Assembly: GCF_006345805.1 (NCBI RefSeq)
Contig: NC_043012.1
Span: 31,868,001 to 31,932,000, forward strand
Direction of reading: 5' to 3'
Source: Octopus sinensis
Taxonomy: Eukaryota
DNA length: 64,000 bases
Shown here: one piece after another, positions 13,871 through 27,400 of the stretch
Layout of the letters: every line of letters begins with the position of its first letter
Position numbering within the stretch: position 1 is the first letter of the stretch
Program-made: the position numbers and the translations under genes
Notes under the pieces: generated by a model
What the model was told of the DNA's origin: nothing
Databases searched by the model: none
The model's input: the letters and a program-made list of their open reading frames with translations, nothing else

Positions 13871-14376
13871 TCTATATATATAAAACTCTAGTTGTGTGAG
13901 TGTCTGTCCCCTTCGATTTAGATTCCTAACTCCTCCCACATTTTGCGGTGCAGTTTAACCAAATTCGGGTATCTTATAGTCGTGATTCATATCGAGCCCG
14001 TCTGACTATTAGCGCGCGTCAACGATGAGTCTACGATTTTTAAAATAATTTAACATAATTTTTTATTCCATTTTAATGCATAAAATGCATCGTATGTCGA
14101 TGGCGGCGGAGTTGGCGTCCACGCTCACAGCTGCACCTGTTTGCTTCTCCCCCTTCCCTCCCTCGTGAAGCTGTGGGGAAGGGAGTGTAAAGAAATCAAC
14201 GTCGTAATGCGTTGTGAAGGAAACCAGCGTTCTTTTAGAACAACGACTTCATGGCTTGAAGACACCAAAACAAAAATGGCTAAGAAAGCCCGAATTTATA
14301 AGGGAAGTAACTCTCTAAAAATGCTTATATAGTTATTTCCCTTACAAACCCGAGCAACGCCGGGCGATACTGCTAG
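13871..14376 (+). mobile_element. Non-autonomous Helitron (family B)
   Basis: 5' A|TC, 3' hairpin cccgagcaacgccggg followed by CTAG|T. Homologous to 14750-15143 and to 47425-47650. Confidence 0.88.
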
Positions 14377-14678
14377 TATATTATATTAATTTAGAGATAA
14401 ATCCACTATTAGGCAAATCAAACAGAGAAAATCATAAGCCAATACATAGAAATAAAATTAACTAAAAAAATATAAAATATAAAAAATATAAAATTCCAAA
14501 TTAAAATATTTAACGTTAAAATTTAAAAAAATATTTAGATAATCTAAACTTATAAATTTTAAATATATATATATATTTATTTATTATTATTATTATTCTA
14601 TTTTGTTTTATTTATTTATTTATTTAAAAAAATTATAAACAATCAAAAAGTATTAAAAGTTTAATATAAGATAAATAT

Positions 14679-14749
<71 letters not shown>

Positions 14750-14750
<1 letters not shown>

Positions 14751-15143
14751 TAGCAGTATCGCCAGGCGTTGCTCGGGTTGTAAGGGAAATAACTATATAA
14801 GCATTTTTAGAGAGTTATAGCCAAAAATAGCAAAAAAATGCATTAAAAATTGAAAAACAATTAAGGTAAATTTTCTTTTAAATCGTTGACACATCGTAGA
14901 TATTTTTAGAGAGGTACTTCCCTTATATAAAAGCGAAAAAAATGCATTAAAATGGAAAAATATGATGCTAAATTTTTTTTAAATCGTAGACTCATCGTAG
15001 ACGCGCGCTAATACCCAGAAGGGCTCGATATGAATCACGACTATAAGATACCCGCTTTTGGTTAAACTGCACCGCAAAATGTGGGAGTAGTTACGAATCT
15101 AAATCGTAGGAGACAGACACACAACTTCACTCTTATATAAAGA
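14750..15143 (-). mobile_element. Non-autonomous Helitron (family B), inverted relative to 13871-14376
   Basis: Minus strand starts A|TC at 15143 and ends with hairpin plus CTAG|T at 14750; shares the gatttagattc..tcgtgattcatatcgagccc block. Confidence 0.88.
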
Positions 15144-15654
15144 TGCTTTTTTTTTCAGTCATAGAGTTAGATTTATGAAGGTCTTCAGTAGAAAATCCTT
15201 CGAATTCTGACTCGCTGCTTGATATAATGAAATTCGTATCCATTTTTTGTCAGAATTACAAATTTTGAAAACACAATAGGAACAAATTTCGGAAAAAAAT
15301 CTCCCATAATTCACGGAATTAAAATTACACTTCGATTTTTGTACAAAACTGTATTTGAAGTGTTTACGAAGTATAATACGTGTTTTCACGAATGTACTAA
15401 AGAGATTTACTCTGATATTCTCATTTAAATATGAATAGGTAAATTCGGGCGGTTTGGTAACGAAAGGGTTTATATAAGTGTCGTCTGTTTATACATAAAC
15501 ACTGTTTCATACTTTCAGTTTAGTCTTCCTCAAATCACTGTCGCTATTTACTCTCTTCCAAGAACATTTTCACTCACTCTTATCTGTTAGCTTGCCATAC
15601 ATTTTACTCATGTATCTATCAGCGTGATAGACAGAAACAAATATTACATCTAGT

Positions 15655-15920
15655 TTCACTTTATTCGTTGCACACTGTGTGTGTGCGTTTGCGTGTGCTG
15701 TAAACCAGACTAAGAAAAGCATTTGACATACACACCAGAATGTGAGTTTTCTGTAAATTTTGCTTAATTGGAGTTTAAATTTTAAAAACTAGACCTGACA
15801 TGACCCGATGCATTCTACTCTTAAAAATGCTAGGTAAATTGTAATTGAAGAAATCCTATATTGTAGATTTCTATAAGTTACAAAGGGAGGCAGATAAAAT
15901 CTGCCTTTTATAATAAGAGA
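15655..15920 (-). mobile_element. 5' part of a Helitron (family A); 3' end not found
   Basis: Reverse complement of about 46766-47030; A|TC start with a ggcaga-tttta-tctgcc subterminal hairpin. Confidence 0.75.
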
Positions 15921-16012
15921 TATATACAAACATATACATATACATATATGCGTATAAATGTGTATGTAGATTTGTATGTAAAATTACACTATCATTCACA
16001 CAGACACATACA

Positions 16013-16072
<60 letters not shown>

Positions 16073-16085
16073 CATATATATATAC

Positions 16086-16115
<30 letters not shown>

Positions 16116-16116
<1 letters not shown>

Positions 16117-16281
16117 CGATGGGCTTCTTTCAGTTCTCGTCTACCAAATCCACTCACAAGGATTTGGTCGGCCCGAGGCTATAGTAAAAGACACTTGCCG
16201 AAGGTGCCACGCAGAGGGACTGAACCCGGAACCATATGGCTGAGAAGCAAATTTCTTACCACAGAGCCACTCCTGCACCTA
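16116..16281 (-). mobile_element. SINE family S1, 5' half
   Basis: tRNA-like head (A box tggctctgtgg, B box ggttcagtccc) plus the accaaatccactcacaagg block. Confidence 0.85.
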
Positions 16282-16762
16282 TATACATAAATACTTTCAA
16301 TATGTGAAGATACGAGCGTTTGCAAGAAATTATTTCACAACTATAAAATCGAGGAAAGGCAATACGAAAATGGTTGAGCGATATTGCTAGGATTATGATA
16401 TTATATAACTTCCGGTAGTCATAACACCGGAATCTACAGTTAGAATAATGGCAGCTATCAATAGTGTTTGTAATGATATTATTTAAATGAATTCACACCT
16501 GTATCCATATTGTCCTTTGTTTCTGTGCTACACATCAGGAAAGTCAACATTGGCCACATATATGTTGACAAATAGGTGCCATTTGATATAGGAATGCTTG
16601 TTAAGATAGACACGGTTTAATTTTCCAGAGACAGAAAGTGATAGAGATGAAAAAAAAACACACGTCTATGCGTTAGATCGTTTCTAAATATATTGTGCAT
16701 TCACCCAAACACGCGAACACACACACATACACACACTTGTATATATATATATATATATATAT

Positions 16763-16811
<49 letters not shown>

Positions 16812-16814
<3 letters not shown>

Positions 16815-17034
16815 TCTTTTACTCTCTCTTTTACTCTTTTACTTGTTTCAGTCATTTGACTGCGGCCATGCTGGAGCACCGCCTTTAGTCGATCAAATCT
16901 ACCCCGGGACTTACTCTTCGTAAGCCCAGTACTTATTCTATCGGTCTCTTTTGCCGAACCGCTAAGTTACGGGGACGTAAACACACCAGCATCGGTTGTC
17001 AAGCGATATTGGGGGGACAAACACAGACACACAA

Positions 17035-17065
<31 letters not shown>

Positions 17066-17223
17066 CGACAGGCTTCTTTCAGTTTCAGTCTACCAAATCC
17101 ACTCACAAGGCATTGGTCGGCCCGGGGCTATAGCAGAAGACACTTGCCCAAGATGCCATGCAGTGGGACTGAACCCGAAACCATGTGGTTGGTTAGCAAG
17201 CTACTTACCACACAGCCACTCCT
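16812..17223 (-). mobile_element. Full-length SINE family S1 (tRNA head, RTE-like tail)
   Basis: Head aggagtggctgtgtggtaagtagc..ggttcagtccc; tail gcggtgctccagcatggccgcagtcaaatgactgaaacaa followed by a (gtaaaaga)-type repeat. Confidence 0.9.
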
Positions 17224-17371
17224 ATATATATAAGAGATAATGGTGTCATTGAGACCCAAAGGTGTCAGGTAATGCTGAATAAGTGCTATAGACAGACCAT
17301 AGTTAATTTCCAGATTTGGTAATATTGCGAATAAAGGGTTTAACGTTGGTTCTATGTCAGTGTGTGTATAT

Positions 17372-17667
17372 AAGAATTTTTTGCGTAATAAGATAAAAAA
17401 AACCGAGGCTGTATGGATATTAAAGCAATTATAGATAGACGGTCTTACAGCTGTTTCTAGGATATTAATAGATAATATCCCTTCATCGGAGACGGAGTGA
17501 GAGGAGTCACATCTAAACTAACTATGACTTGATTTTCCTCTCACACCGTCACCGATGAAGGGATATTAGTAATTAATATCCTAGAAACAGCTGTAAGACC
17601 TATCTGTAAATGCTCTAATATCTATATAGCCTTGGTTTTTTTTAATCTTATTACGCAAACAATTCTT
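17372..17667. mobile_element. PLE-like inverted repeat (~133-bp arms, 30-bp spacer) with an HHR-like motif in each arm
   Basis: 17372-17505 is approximately the reverse complement of 17536-17667. Each arm has CCGATGA-stem II-GAAAC-AGCT-GTA. Confidence 0.75.
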
Positions 17668-17764
17668 CACAGAATGTGAAGATGCTGGCCCTTTCAATTA
17701 AGTACAGGTAATATTCGGAAGATTGGACTGGAGCAACGCGAAATAGGAGCCTTGCTCAAGGTTA

Positions 17765-17818
17765 CAACGTGTTTCCGGTAGTCGGATACACCAACGTGTT
17801 TCCTGTAGTCGGATACAC
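17765..17818. repeat. 27-bp tandem duplication
   Basis: caacgtgtttcc(g/t)gtagtcggatacac occurs twice. Confidence 0.9.
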
Positions 17819-18149
17819 TAACCTATACGCCACACGTCTTTACTGAGCGAGGACATCACTTTTCTCGCCAAGCATTCTCCATCATAAGACTTTGTAAAAT
17901 ATGAAATCGATCTAGAAACGAAATGATAGCGAGACGTCTGTACGTCATTGGATTTATGTGTGACAAACTTGTACACCATTTCTGCTACTCTTTCCGTCAC
18001 TAGAGTAGATTCTAGAGACAAGCATGATACTATACATATAAACATACATGCATGCGTACATACATTATATATATATATGATTGATTCTAGTTTCAGCTCA
18101 CGAGCTGTGGCCATGCTGGGGCACCGCCACATGTAATATATATATATAT

Positions 18150-18537
18150 CTTTTTTTTCTTATCTCTTTTTAGTTGTTTCAGTCATTTAACTGCGGTCAT
18201 GCTGGAGCACCGCCTTTAATCGAACAACTCGACCCCGGGACTTATTCTTTTTGTAAGCCCAGTACTTAATCTATCGGTCTCTTTTGCCGAACCGCTAAGT
18301 AACGGGGACATAAACACACCAGCATCGGTTGTCAAGCAATGCTAGGGGGACAAACACAGACACACAAACAAACACACATACATATTTATATATACATATA
18401 TACGACAGGCTTCTTTCAGTTTCCGTCTACCAAATCCACTCACAAGGCATTGGTCGGCCCAGGGCTATAGCAGAAGACACTTGCCCAAGATGCCACGCAG
18501 TGGGACTGAACCCGGAACCATGTGGTTGGTTAGCAAT
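18150..18537 (-). mobile_element. SINE family S1 with the head truncated
   Basis: Colinear with 16835-17200. Confidence 0.88.
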
Positions 18538-18548
18538 ATATATATATA

Positions 18549-19553
18549 TCTTTATATATATAAAACTGAGAATGTGTGTCTGTCTGTGTGTCTGTGTGTT
18601 TCCCTAAAAGTTGAGACCTACGCAACCAATTACATTCAAATTTTACACATGCCTTACTTAGGACTCGGGGAGTGTCATTGGCAAACATTTTGAACTTTTT
18701 GCCTAGGGCGAGCCCACAGCAATATCATATCTTCTCCACTATTTCAGTATTACGTGTTAAAAGTGAAACAAAAACGTTTCTCTATTTTATGTCAGATACT
18801 TTCACTTTAACAATAAAAATAATAACAATTGAATTATATGTAGTAAGTAATAATTAAAATCAAACTAAAGTAACATAACAAAAGTAAAAAATAGCAATTC
18901 GTATAAAATTGCATCAATGATTTGAACTTGAATAAGTGGTTTCACATGAATGGTAATAAATTAAAAATAAAATTAGCGTGCAGAAATGGAATTGTCCAGC
19001 TAGATAATAAAAAATTAAATTAAAGAAAAGACTATTGTCTATAAAGTATACAATGTAGAGAAAAAAGAAGATTTGAACACATGGAGGAAAGCACCTTCAA
19101 AAAGTGTCTTGGTGCGACTATGAAAGGTATCTAATCAGAGGCGGTAAATTCGCCACAATAGAAGCAAGGTTCGAGTCAACGGAGCGTGCAAGGGAGTACT
19201 CGACTCGAACTTGCAAAGTGGAGATACTTTATTTGTACCTTTATATCTGGGACGTAGAACGTCCCGGAAAAAAATTTAAAAAGAAGTAGAGGTAGGCTGG
19301 ATTGTAGCCACACTGCTATACAAGAGGGAGGACAAGATACAATTGATCGAAATTACAAGAGACGGGCTAACAATTCCAGTCTGTTATATATTTTGAGTAT
19401 TGTTATCACTAGCGATATCAAGATATAACTTTCTGTTTTGTATTTTATGTGTAGATGTATATATATAGATGTACATGTAATATGTACACATGTATATACA
19501 CATATATACATGCACTAACACTATGACCCGGCAACGACGGGTCTTTAATGCTA

Positions 19554-19554
<1 letters not shown>
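18549..19554 (+). mobile_element. Non-autonomous Helitron (family C), 1006 bp
   Basis: A|TC start resembling family B (tctttatatatataaaactgagaatgtgtgtctgtc); 3' hairpin gacccg-gcaacga-cgggtc followed by CTAG|T. Confidence 0.85.
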
Positions 19555-19598
<44 letters not shown>

Positions 19599-19976
19599 TA
19601 TATATATATATATATATTTGTATGCATGTATATATACATATATAATACAGATGAGGACTGTGTTTCTGTCTGTCTCTTGATATATCTGAAGGCTACAGCA
19701 TAGATATAAAATCTAAAAGTTAACTGTTGTGTAAAATATTCTGTGGAAGACAATCGAAGTTGTCCCGTGTCTCTAGATGCAACCTTAAGGGAGCTACGGC
19801 CTCTTTTCCAAAATGTTTCGCGTAGTTCAGTTCACTCTAAAACAAAACACCCGGTCTAAGGGAGATAACATAATACAAACACACAATCATGCACACATGA
19901 ACACACGAGTATGCAGAATATATACATACACACAAGCATCCATACATATATGCATACACATACATACATGCATACA

Positions 19977-20022
<46 letters not shown>

Positions 20023-20054
20023 ATATATATATATATAATATATGTATATATATA

Positions 20055-20152
<98 letters not shown>

Positions 20153-20742
20153 ACACATGCACGCTGACGTGCACACATGCGCATAAACGAACATAGAAAA
20201 GAAACGCAACTCCGATGACGGACATAGTAAAGAACTATTGAAGACCTTGCAAGAAGCAACGAAAAAAACCCCAAATAAATAAACGAGTGGAGTTCGGACC
20301 GGTGTGTGTTAATAAGGCATCAAAACGTAATGACTTTCCCCAGACACAACAAAACTAAATGAAAATTCTGGAAAAACTAAAAACGGAAAATTATTCATGG
20401 TCTATTTTTCACGTTTTGCGTTGTTCGACTTCAAATGTTTCCTTCATTATTCTAAGTGTGCGAGTCACACTACATGTTCCTATTAAATTTCTTTGTGCAC
20501 TTTAATAGCATTATTGTATTGTTTTAATTCGTTTTATATTTATATCTTCGAGTCACCAGCTTATTCACCTTAGAAAAGCTATTTGTATATTTGTTTGTTG
20601 TAATACTTGAGTTCAATAAATAAGTTCACAGCCTTTTCTTACATATATTCAATACAATCTAATTAAACAACTTTCAATATTCATAGTATAATTTTGGCAG
20701 TTTTTTCAACCCAGTCAGTGACAGGTGTTTCTGTTATGTTAG

Positions 20743-20781
<39 letters not shown>

Positions 20782-20799
20782 ATATATATATATATATAT

Positions 20800-21013
20800 A
20801 TTTATTTTATAGAAGGAGCTTCTACAGGACTAGAACTGTTTCATTCAAAAGAAATCATCCGGAAGCTTCCTGATGATTTCTTTTGAATGAAACAGTTCTA
20901 GTCCTGTAGAAGCTCCTTCTATAAAATAAATTAATTTACTCTGCTATGTATTGAGTACCTTATTTACTGTGGTTAACCCCGACTCAACCCGGGACCTACA
21001 CATATATATATAC

Positions 21014-21087
<74 letters not shown>

Positions 21088-21293
21088 GGGAGAATTCACA
21101 AAAAATAAATAAAAAACGAAGATAGCTGGTGTAGACAACAAACAGATGTATTAGTTTAATGCTCGGGAAGTGAAAAAATCCTTAACGTTTCAAGCCTACG
21201 CTCTTCCACAGAAAGGAACACAGAAAGAAACAAGGAAAGAAAATAAAGAATGTGTAGTGGCTAGCGATCTTTCGTATATATATATAGTATATA

Positions 21294-21324
<31 letters not shown>

Positions 21325-21920
21325 GTATATGATATATATTTATATGTACATATATATATATACATAAGTACATATATGTATGCACATACATATATGTGTG
21401 TGTGCGTGTGTATGTAAAGAATAAAGAGAAAATGGAGAGGCAATTAATAAAACTATTTAGTAATTATAAAGTATGACAATATCCGTGACAGGTGTTTCGA
21501 TTCAGGAATCGTTAGATAATTAATTTATAAAATTAAAATCATTATAAAATGAATCTTTTCAGAGGCATTAAAGATATACCGATTAGTAATACATGTTGAG
21601 ATAACGGCTATAAAACCATTAACTGATAGCAAATATCCAAAAAGAGACTCAATCTAACAAAAAGGCCTTAATCTAACATAGGGGAGAAGGTAGTATATAT
21701 TATGTCCTAAAGAAAGAAAAGAATATATTAATATAATATCATAGGTATTGAGAAAGGGGAAAAGAAAAGGAGAAATGAAGCAGAAAAACGAATGTATTTT
21801 ATAAATATATAAGAGTAATGTAACAATCCAACATAGGGGAGCAGCTAGTGTACGTTTCGTGTCTTAAAAATTAAAAAAGGAAGCAGAAAAACGTATGTAT
21901 ATATAGATATATAATAACGT
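20800..21920. mobile_element. Cluster of Penelope-like non-coding fragments interspersed with (TA)n
   Basis: 132-bp palindrome with an HHR (20800-20931); decayed HHR-like motif on the minus strand at about 21484-21575 (CTGAAAA-gattca..tgaatc-GAAAC-ACCT-GTC). The family assignment is inference. Confidence 0.55.
20864..20914 (+). ncRNA. Type I hammerhead ribozyme motif
   Basis: Stem I AGCTTC/GAAGCT; CTGATGA at 20870-20876; stem II TTC/GAA with a U-U closing mismatch; GAAA; stem III ACAG/CTGT; GUA cleavage triplet. Confidence 0.65.
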
Positions 21921-22118
21921 CATATATAATAATTATCCATCTTATCTGCAATACAAACCTTAAAGTTATAAAATTGGAAGCAAACAGTGGCAAAATATGT
22001 CTTAACCGAAGTTATCAGAAAGGGATAAATAACTTCTAAATATAATAATAATAATAATAATAATATAAGAGATAATATAATAATTAATAATGATAATAAT
22101 AATATGATAATAATAAAA

Positions 22119-22149
<31 letters not shown>

Positions 22150-22197
22150 TAATAATAACAATAATCACAATAATGATAATAAAATTAAAAGAAGAAC

Positions 22198-23600
22198 TAG
22201 ATAAACCACAACACACCCAATGAAAGAGAAAATAAAAAAAGAATATTATAGCGAGTTAGATCAATACAAAAAACGAGCTCAATGCTAAAAACAAGATAAT
22301 AGGTATCAACACTTTAGCTGTCCCAGTTATAAGTTACAGCTACAATATCCTTAACTGGACACGAAATGAACTGTCCAAAATATTTGGAAAACAAGAAAAA
22401 TACTGACAGGATCTAGGAGCATCACCCAAACTGACATAGAAAGACTATATATACAACGTATAGAAGGTGGTAGAGGCCTTATACAGCTGGAAAACTACTA
22501 TAAAATAACACCATAGGACTGCAAAAATACCTACTTCAGAAGAAAGGAAAACTGATCCAGATAGCAGCAAAACTCGAGCAAAACAAAAAACTGTTCTCAG
22601 TATTTAAGGAAGCTGACAAATACAAACAAGAAATCATACCACCTAATAAACACGAAGAAAAAGAAGAAGATGATGAAGAAACAACAAAAGCTATAAAACA
22701 AATGAAATCCAAACTAAAAGAACAGCAACGAACCATGATAAAACGATGGCAAGAAAAGCCCTTCATGTAAATACTGCACTAAACTAAACGCAAAAGAAAA
22801 GACAAAGAAAAATCCCAGCAATGGTTGAGAAGCTCAGGACTCAAAGCAGAAACAGAGGGATTTTTAATTGCAGCACAAGACCAAAGCCTCCCCACCAGAA
22901 TTACCAAAAACATGTAATGAAAGAAATATTACAAGTAACTTCAGAATATGTGGAGATGGACAAGAACAATAAATCATATTATCTCTAGCTGCCCAGTCCT
23001 GGCTAAGAAGGAATATATTCACAGACATGACAGAGTTGGAACCTACATACATTGGAAGCTATGCCAACATTAGGAATAACAACAGAAAAAAGATGGTATA
23101 GGCACACACCAAAAAGGTCACAGAAAACGAGAAGCAACCATACTCTGGGATATGCCGATACACACAGATAGAGAAATTAAGGCCAACAGACCAGATATAG
23201 TTGTCAGAGATCATGAAGAAAAAAAATGCTTTCTAATTGATGTATCAATACCGGCAGATGACAACGTGTCTCTAAAAGAAATGGAGAAACTCTCAAAATA
23301 CAAAGACCTGGAAATAGAGGTAACTAGAATGTGGAATCTGAAAACAGAAACAATTCCTATCATAGTAGGTGCATTAGGCATGATAAAAAAATATTCAGAC
23401 AAATACATAACAAAAACACCAGACTTACAAACACATATAACATACAGAAAATTGCACTACTAGGCACTGCACACATCCTACGCAGAACACTTTCCATACA
23501 ATAACCATCAGAGCATCACACAACAAATCACAGCACATACCCAAGGCCACACAGAGCTGCGCTCGGTAGTGAAGTGAAAGCACGCTATAAAAATAAACTA

Positions 23601-23604
<4 letters not shown>
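22198..23604 (+). mobile_element. 5'-truncated R4/Dong-like RLE LINE with an intact 3' end, frameshifted
   Basis: GGRGL motif, CCHC knuckle (RICGDGQ..HIISSCPVLAKKEYIHRHD) and RLE motif RPDIVV..LIDVSIP in ORF 23152-23463. Flanked on both sides by (TAA)n. Confidence 0.92.
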
Positions 23605-23649
<45 letters not shown>

Positions 23650-24271
23650 TAATAACTTATTGTTTGTATCTATAATCATAATGCATAAAATTTAATTAAA
23701 TATATGAATAAATAGCAAATCTAGAATAATATGGAATGAGAAAATATCAAAATACAAACTATGTCTCTTAATCCCTTAAAAAAATATTTATTTAGGGTAA
23801 AAAAAATACTAATAAATTATAAGATAGAAAAGAATCTAAATTTTTTTAAAATTCTGACATACTGCGTTTCGTTAAATAAACTGGAAGTAATTATGTAAGA
23901 GGAAATACATATATATTAATAAATTAATTTAAAATAAAATAAAATAAAATAAATTACAATGAATTATGTAAAATGCCTTCAGGTATAGCTGGGATGTAGG
24001 GAAAATAAGCTAAGAACAAACTTCAACGGTGCATATCTTAAAATGCAACCACAAGTAATGATAATTTATTTATGTATTTAAGCTGTGAATCAGGAAACAG
24101 GTCAATATGTTATTAACTTGACACATTTTAGTACAAAATAGTATGACATAGTAAGACTGATCTTAGTACTAATAATACAATACAAAATAATAACACTAAT
24201 GCAGAAATAAGCTTAAGTACACATCAGAAATAAAGTACTTCATTCTGATTGATATATATATATTATATATC

Positions 24272-24303
<32 letters not shown>

Positions 24304-24364
24304 TATATATATATATATATATATGAAAATAATCTCAGTCATATAATCTCTGTGTCAAACAGTT

Positions 24365-24965
24365 AAGTTGGGGAGAGAATATTTGTAAACGATGTTTTTT
24401 GCTTTATTTTGGGGTGTATAGGCAAAAGATTTGCTTTCTCTCACACACGTGATGCCCCTACACAAAGTTGGTTCCATAAAGCATGGTTCTTGAAGTTTCG
24501 ATCCAGCAACTTTTAGTGTTTGGCCCTGACTTTTATTAATGCTCTTGGCAAAAGAAACTTGGATAACCGTATAAATTGGAATGGGAGATGAGTTGGTATA
24601 ACAGATATGCGAGGAATGCAGACGGTGTCATATTTACCTCAATCAGTGAGAATAGTTGCCTCAATGCAGTTCCTCATAAGTTTGTGCACAATTAATCTTG
24701 TACCATTGATTAATTTTGGTTGAGACAAATTACGTAATATCGTGAAAGGAGTCCCTTTTTCAGCTGAAGGCAATGAGGAACTGTACTTGGTAGTTCTAGT
24801 GAGTTCAATGGCGTAGTTAACACTATCCCGATCATCAATAACACTGTCAATATATCTCCTGATAGCTCATTCAATAGCATATTATTAATGCTATGTACTG
24901 CAACATTTTTTTGGAGCCAGGGTAGCTCGCTCACAGATCCAGTCTGTATAGTTGTAATTATGAAG
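24365..24965 (-). pseudogene. Helitron RepHel PIF1 helicase C-terminal remnant
   Basis: Minus strand gives ERATLAPKN, PHCLQLKKGTPFTILRNLSQPKLINGTRLIV, IPRI, SINKSQGQTLKVAG, GASRV and KNIVY, with stops and frameshifts. Confidence 0.88.
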
Positions 24966-25560
24966 AAGATTAGGAAAGATTTCATCCACCAAATCCTCGA
25001 CGGAATGAGTTGAATTACATATTTATTGGATTGAGTATAAGAAACTGTTCTTCATCAATTGGAAGTCTCCCGTCACCGAGAAAAAAAAAGAGAGAGAGAG
25101 AGATAAAAAGAGAGTGAGACAGAGAAAGAAAGAGAGAGAAATAAAGAGACGGGAAATAGACAGATATAGAGAGAAAATGCTTTTAGAAATTTATCATAAA
25201 CGAAAGCAGGAGAGTGTTTACATTTTTCTCAAAACATAGTATATATTTGAAGCTAATTGTTGCAATGCACAGAATATTTTGATAGAAACGAAAATATTTT
25301 CCTTTATTCATAACAAATTTCTCACAGTATTTCCTTCTTTTCATTATGTAATATAATTTCACTCGTGTGAAAACTCTTAATCTTTACAATATGAAATAAA
25401 ATAATATAATATATATAGAGACAAGTAATGTTTATTGCCCCTTCAACATAGCTGTTCCGTAGGAACCGACTTGTGTGTGTGTGTGAGTCTGTGTGTGCAT
25501 GTGTATGTATGCATATATGTATGTATGTATGTATGTATGTATATATATATATATATATTA

Positions 25561-25937
25561 TAGGCGTGGCTATGTGGTAAGTAGCTTGCTTCCGGGTTTA
25601 AGGAACCTTAGATAAGTGTTTCCTATAGCCTCGCGCCGACCAAAGCTTTCAGTGGATTTGGTAGACGGGAACTGAAAAAGTCTTTTGTATACATAAGTTT
25701 ATATATATAAATCTGTGTGTGTCTGTGTATAGGTTTGTCCCCCCCTCCACTGCTTGACAACCAATGTTGATGTGTTTACGGCTTTCTAACTTTGTGGTTC
25801 GGCAAAAAGAAGGCGATAGAATAAGTAGCAGTCTTTAAAAGAAGTCCTGGGATCGATTTGTTCGGTTAAAAGCGTTTCACGGTGGTGCTCCAGCATGGCT
25901 GAAGTCACATGACTGAAAGAAGCAAAAGTTAAAAGAT
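25561..25937 (+). mobile_element. Diverged SINE family S1
   Basis: gtggctatgtggtaagtagcttgc head, ggatttggtagacgg core and ggtgctccagcatggc..tgactgaaa tail. Confidence 0.85.
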
Positions 25938-27103
25938 ATAAGGTGTACACATATCTTCATTACTCTTACTCTCACCGAAAGTCCACCGATTCTGTCGTAA
26001 TAAACTTTCAATTCTTCAGATTTCTCTGACTCTGAAGAATTGATTTATTTTTCCAATTACAATGTGGTGCACTGCAGCATTGTTTCCTAAATCGAAAAAC
26101 TCCAATGTGAAGACTACATTCCGCCATGTACAAGTTATAGACCGCTCTCATTCACCGCTCATTCTCTCTCTACAAGTACCTACACACCGACTTCCCTCAC
26201 CGTCTCCCACTCTCTCGTTCTGACTGTCTCTCCTTCTCTCTCTTTCTCTATCCCTCTCCCTCCCCCTCTCTCTCTCTTTCTCCTCTTCCACACATTCTGC
26301 AACTTCCAAATTCTACTTTATGAGTCCAGAGCCGATCTCACCTTTGCTGTGCAACCTCTCTTTGTCTTCAAATCAAAATAGGAATCTCTGTAAACTTGTA
26401 GAAAGAAACTCCTAGCACTCAGCCTTACGCAACTAAACACTTAAATACGCCGAATATAAAATGCATACCCCTAATTCAGCAACACCATAACCGTCATCGG
26501 TCCTAAGTTACAGCACCACATTGCCATAAATTTCTGTTACACATCTTCCGGACGCATATAATTTAACTATGCGTTGCACTTTACGTTTTCGAGGGCACAT
26601 TCGAAAGGTACTGCAATGTATACCACGTGAACCAGTCGACACTCATTTCAGCAGTACATTACAGAGCAAGTGCATTATCCATTAATCAAAATGGACAGGT
26701 ACACTCAAGGAAACGGAAGGAAAATCATGAGTTAGTCATTTGAAGAATAATTTCAAAAATCTTATTTAGACCACCGTAATTTAATTCTTTATATAGAAAA
26801 GGTTTCAAAGTGACTTCACATTTTCTGATGACTAACACTCATACATCAGTGAGTTAATTTCATATTTCAAGCTTTATATATTTTGTTTATGAGGGGATGT
26901 ACCTTTGGTTTGTGATGCTATGCATATGGGAATTAGGTGTTGTAGAAGTGAGTCTGTAGACGAAGTTGTAGAGGTGGTTGTTTAGGAATGCGGTATGAAG
27001 AATCAAAAGGAGAAATTATGTAATGATGTGAGTGTTGAGAAAAGAATGGTGTAGAAAGTTTTTCTACTTTGATACCAAGGCTTGAAAACTAAATTAAACA
27101 GTA

Positions 27104-27400
27104 CGCATGGCTGTGTGGTAAGTAGATTTCCTCCCAACCTGTAAACCTTGTGAGTGGATTTTGTAGACAGAAAGAAACTCGTCATATATGTGTGTGTGAG
27201 TGTGCGCGCGCATGTGGCCCCCGTACGTGCGTGTGTGTTTCTTCATATATATGATTGTTCCCCACCAACACCTGGCAACCGGTTTCGTTCCTTCCGCGTA
27301 ATGTAGCGGTTCGGCAAAAAGACCCCGGTAGAACTAGTAACAGGCGTAAAACATAAGTATTGGGGTCCATTCATTCAGATAAAAGTTCTTCAAGGCAGTG
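27104..27400 (+). mobile_element. Degenerate, internally deleted SINE family S1
   Basis: tggctgtgtggtaagtag head, ccttgtgagtggatt and gcggttcggcaaaa blocks. Confidence 0.7.

Noticed and set aside
21170-21225. Minus-strand ctgtggaa-gagc-gtag-gctt-GAAAC-GTTA as a hammerhead
   Set aside because: The core does not fit CUGANGA or a compensated variant, and stem I spacing is wrong; at best a relic.
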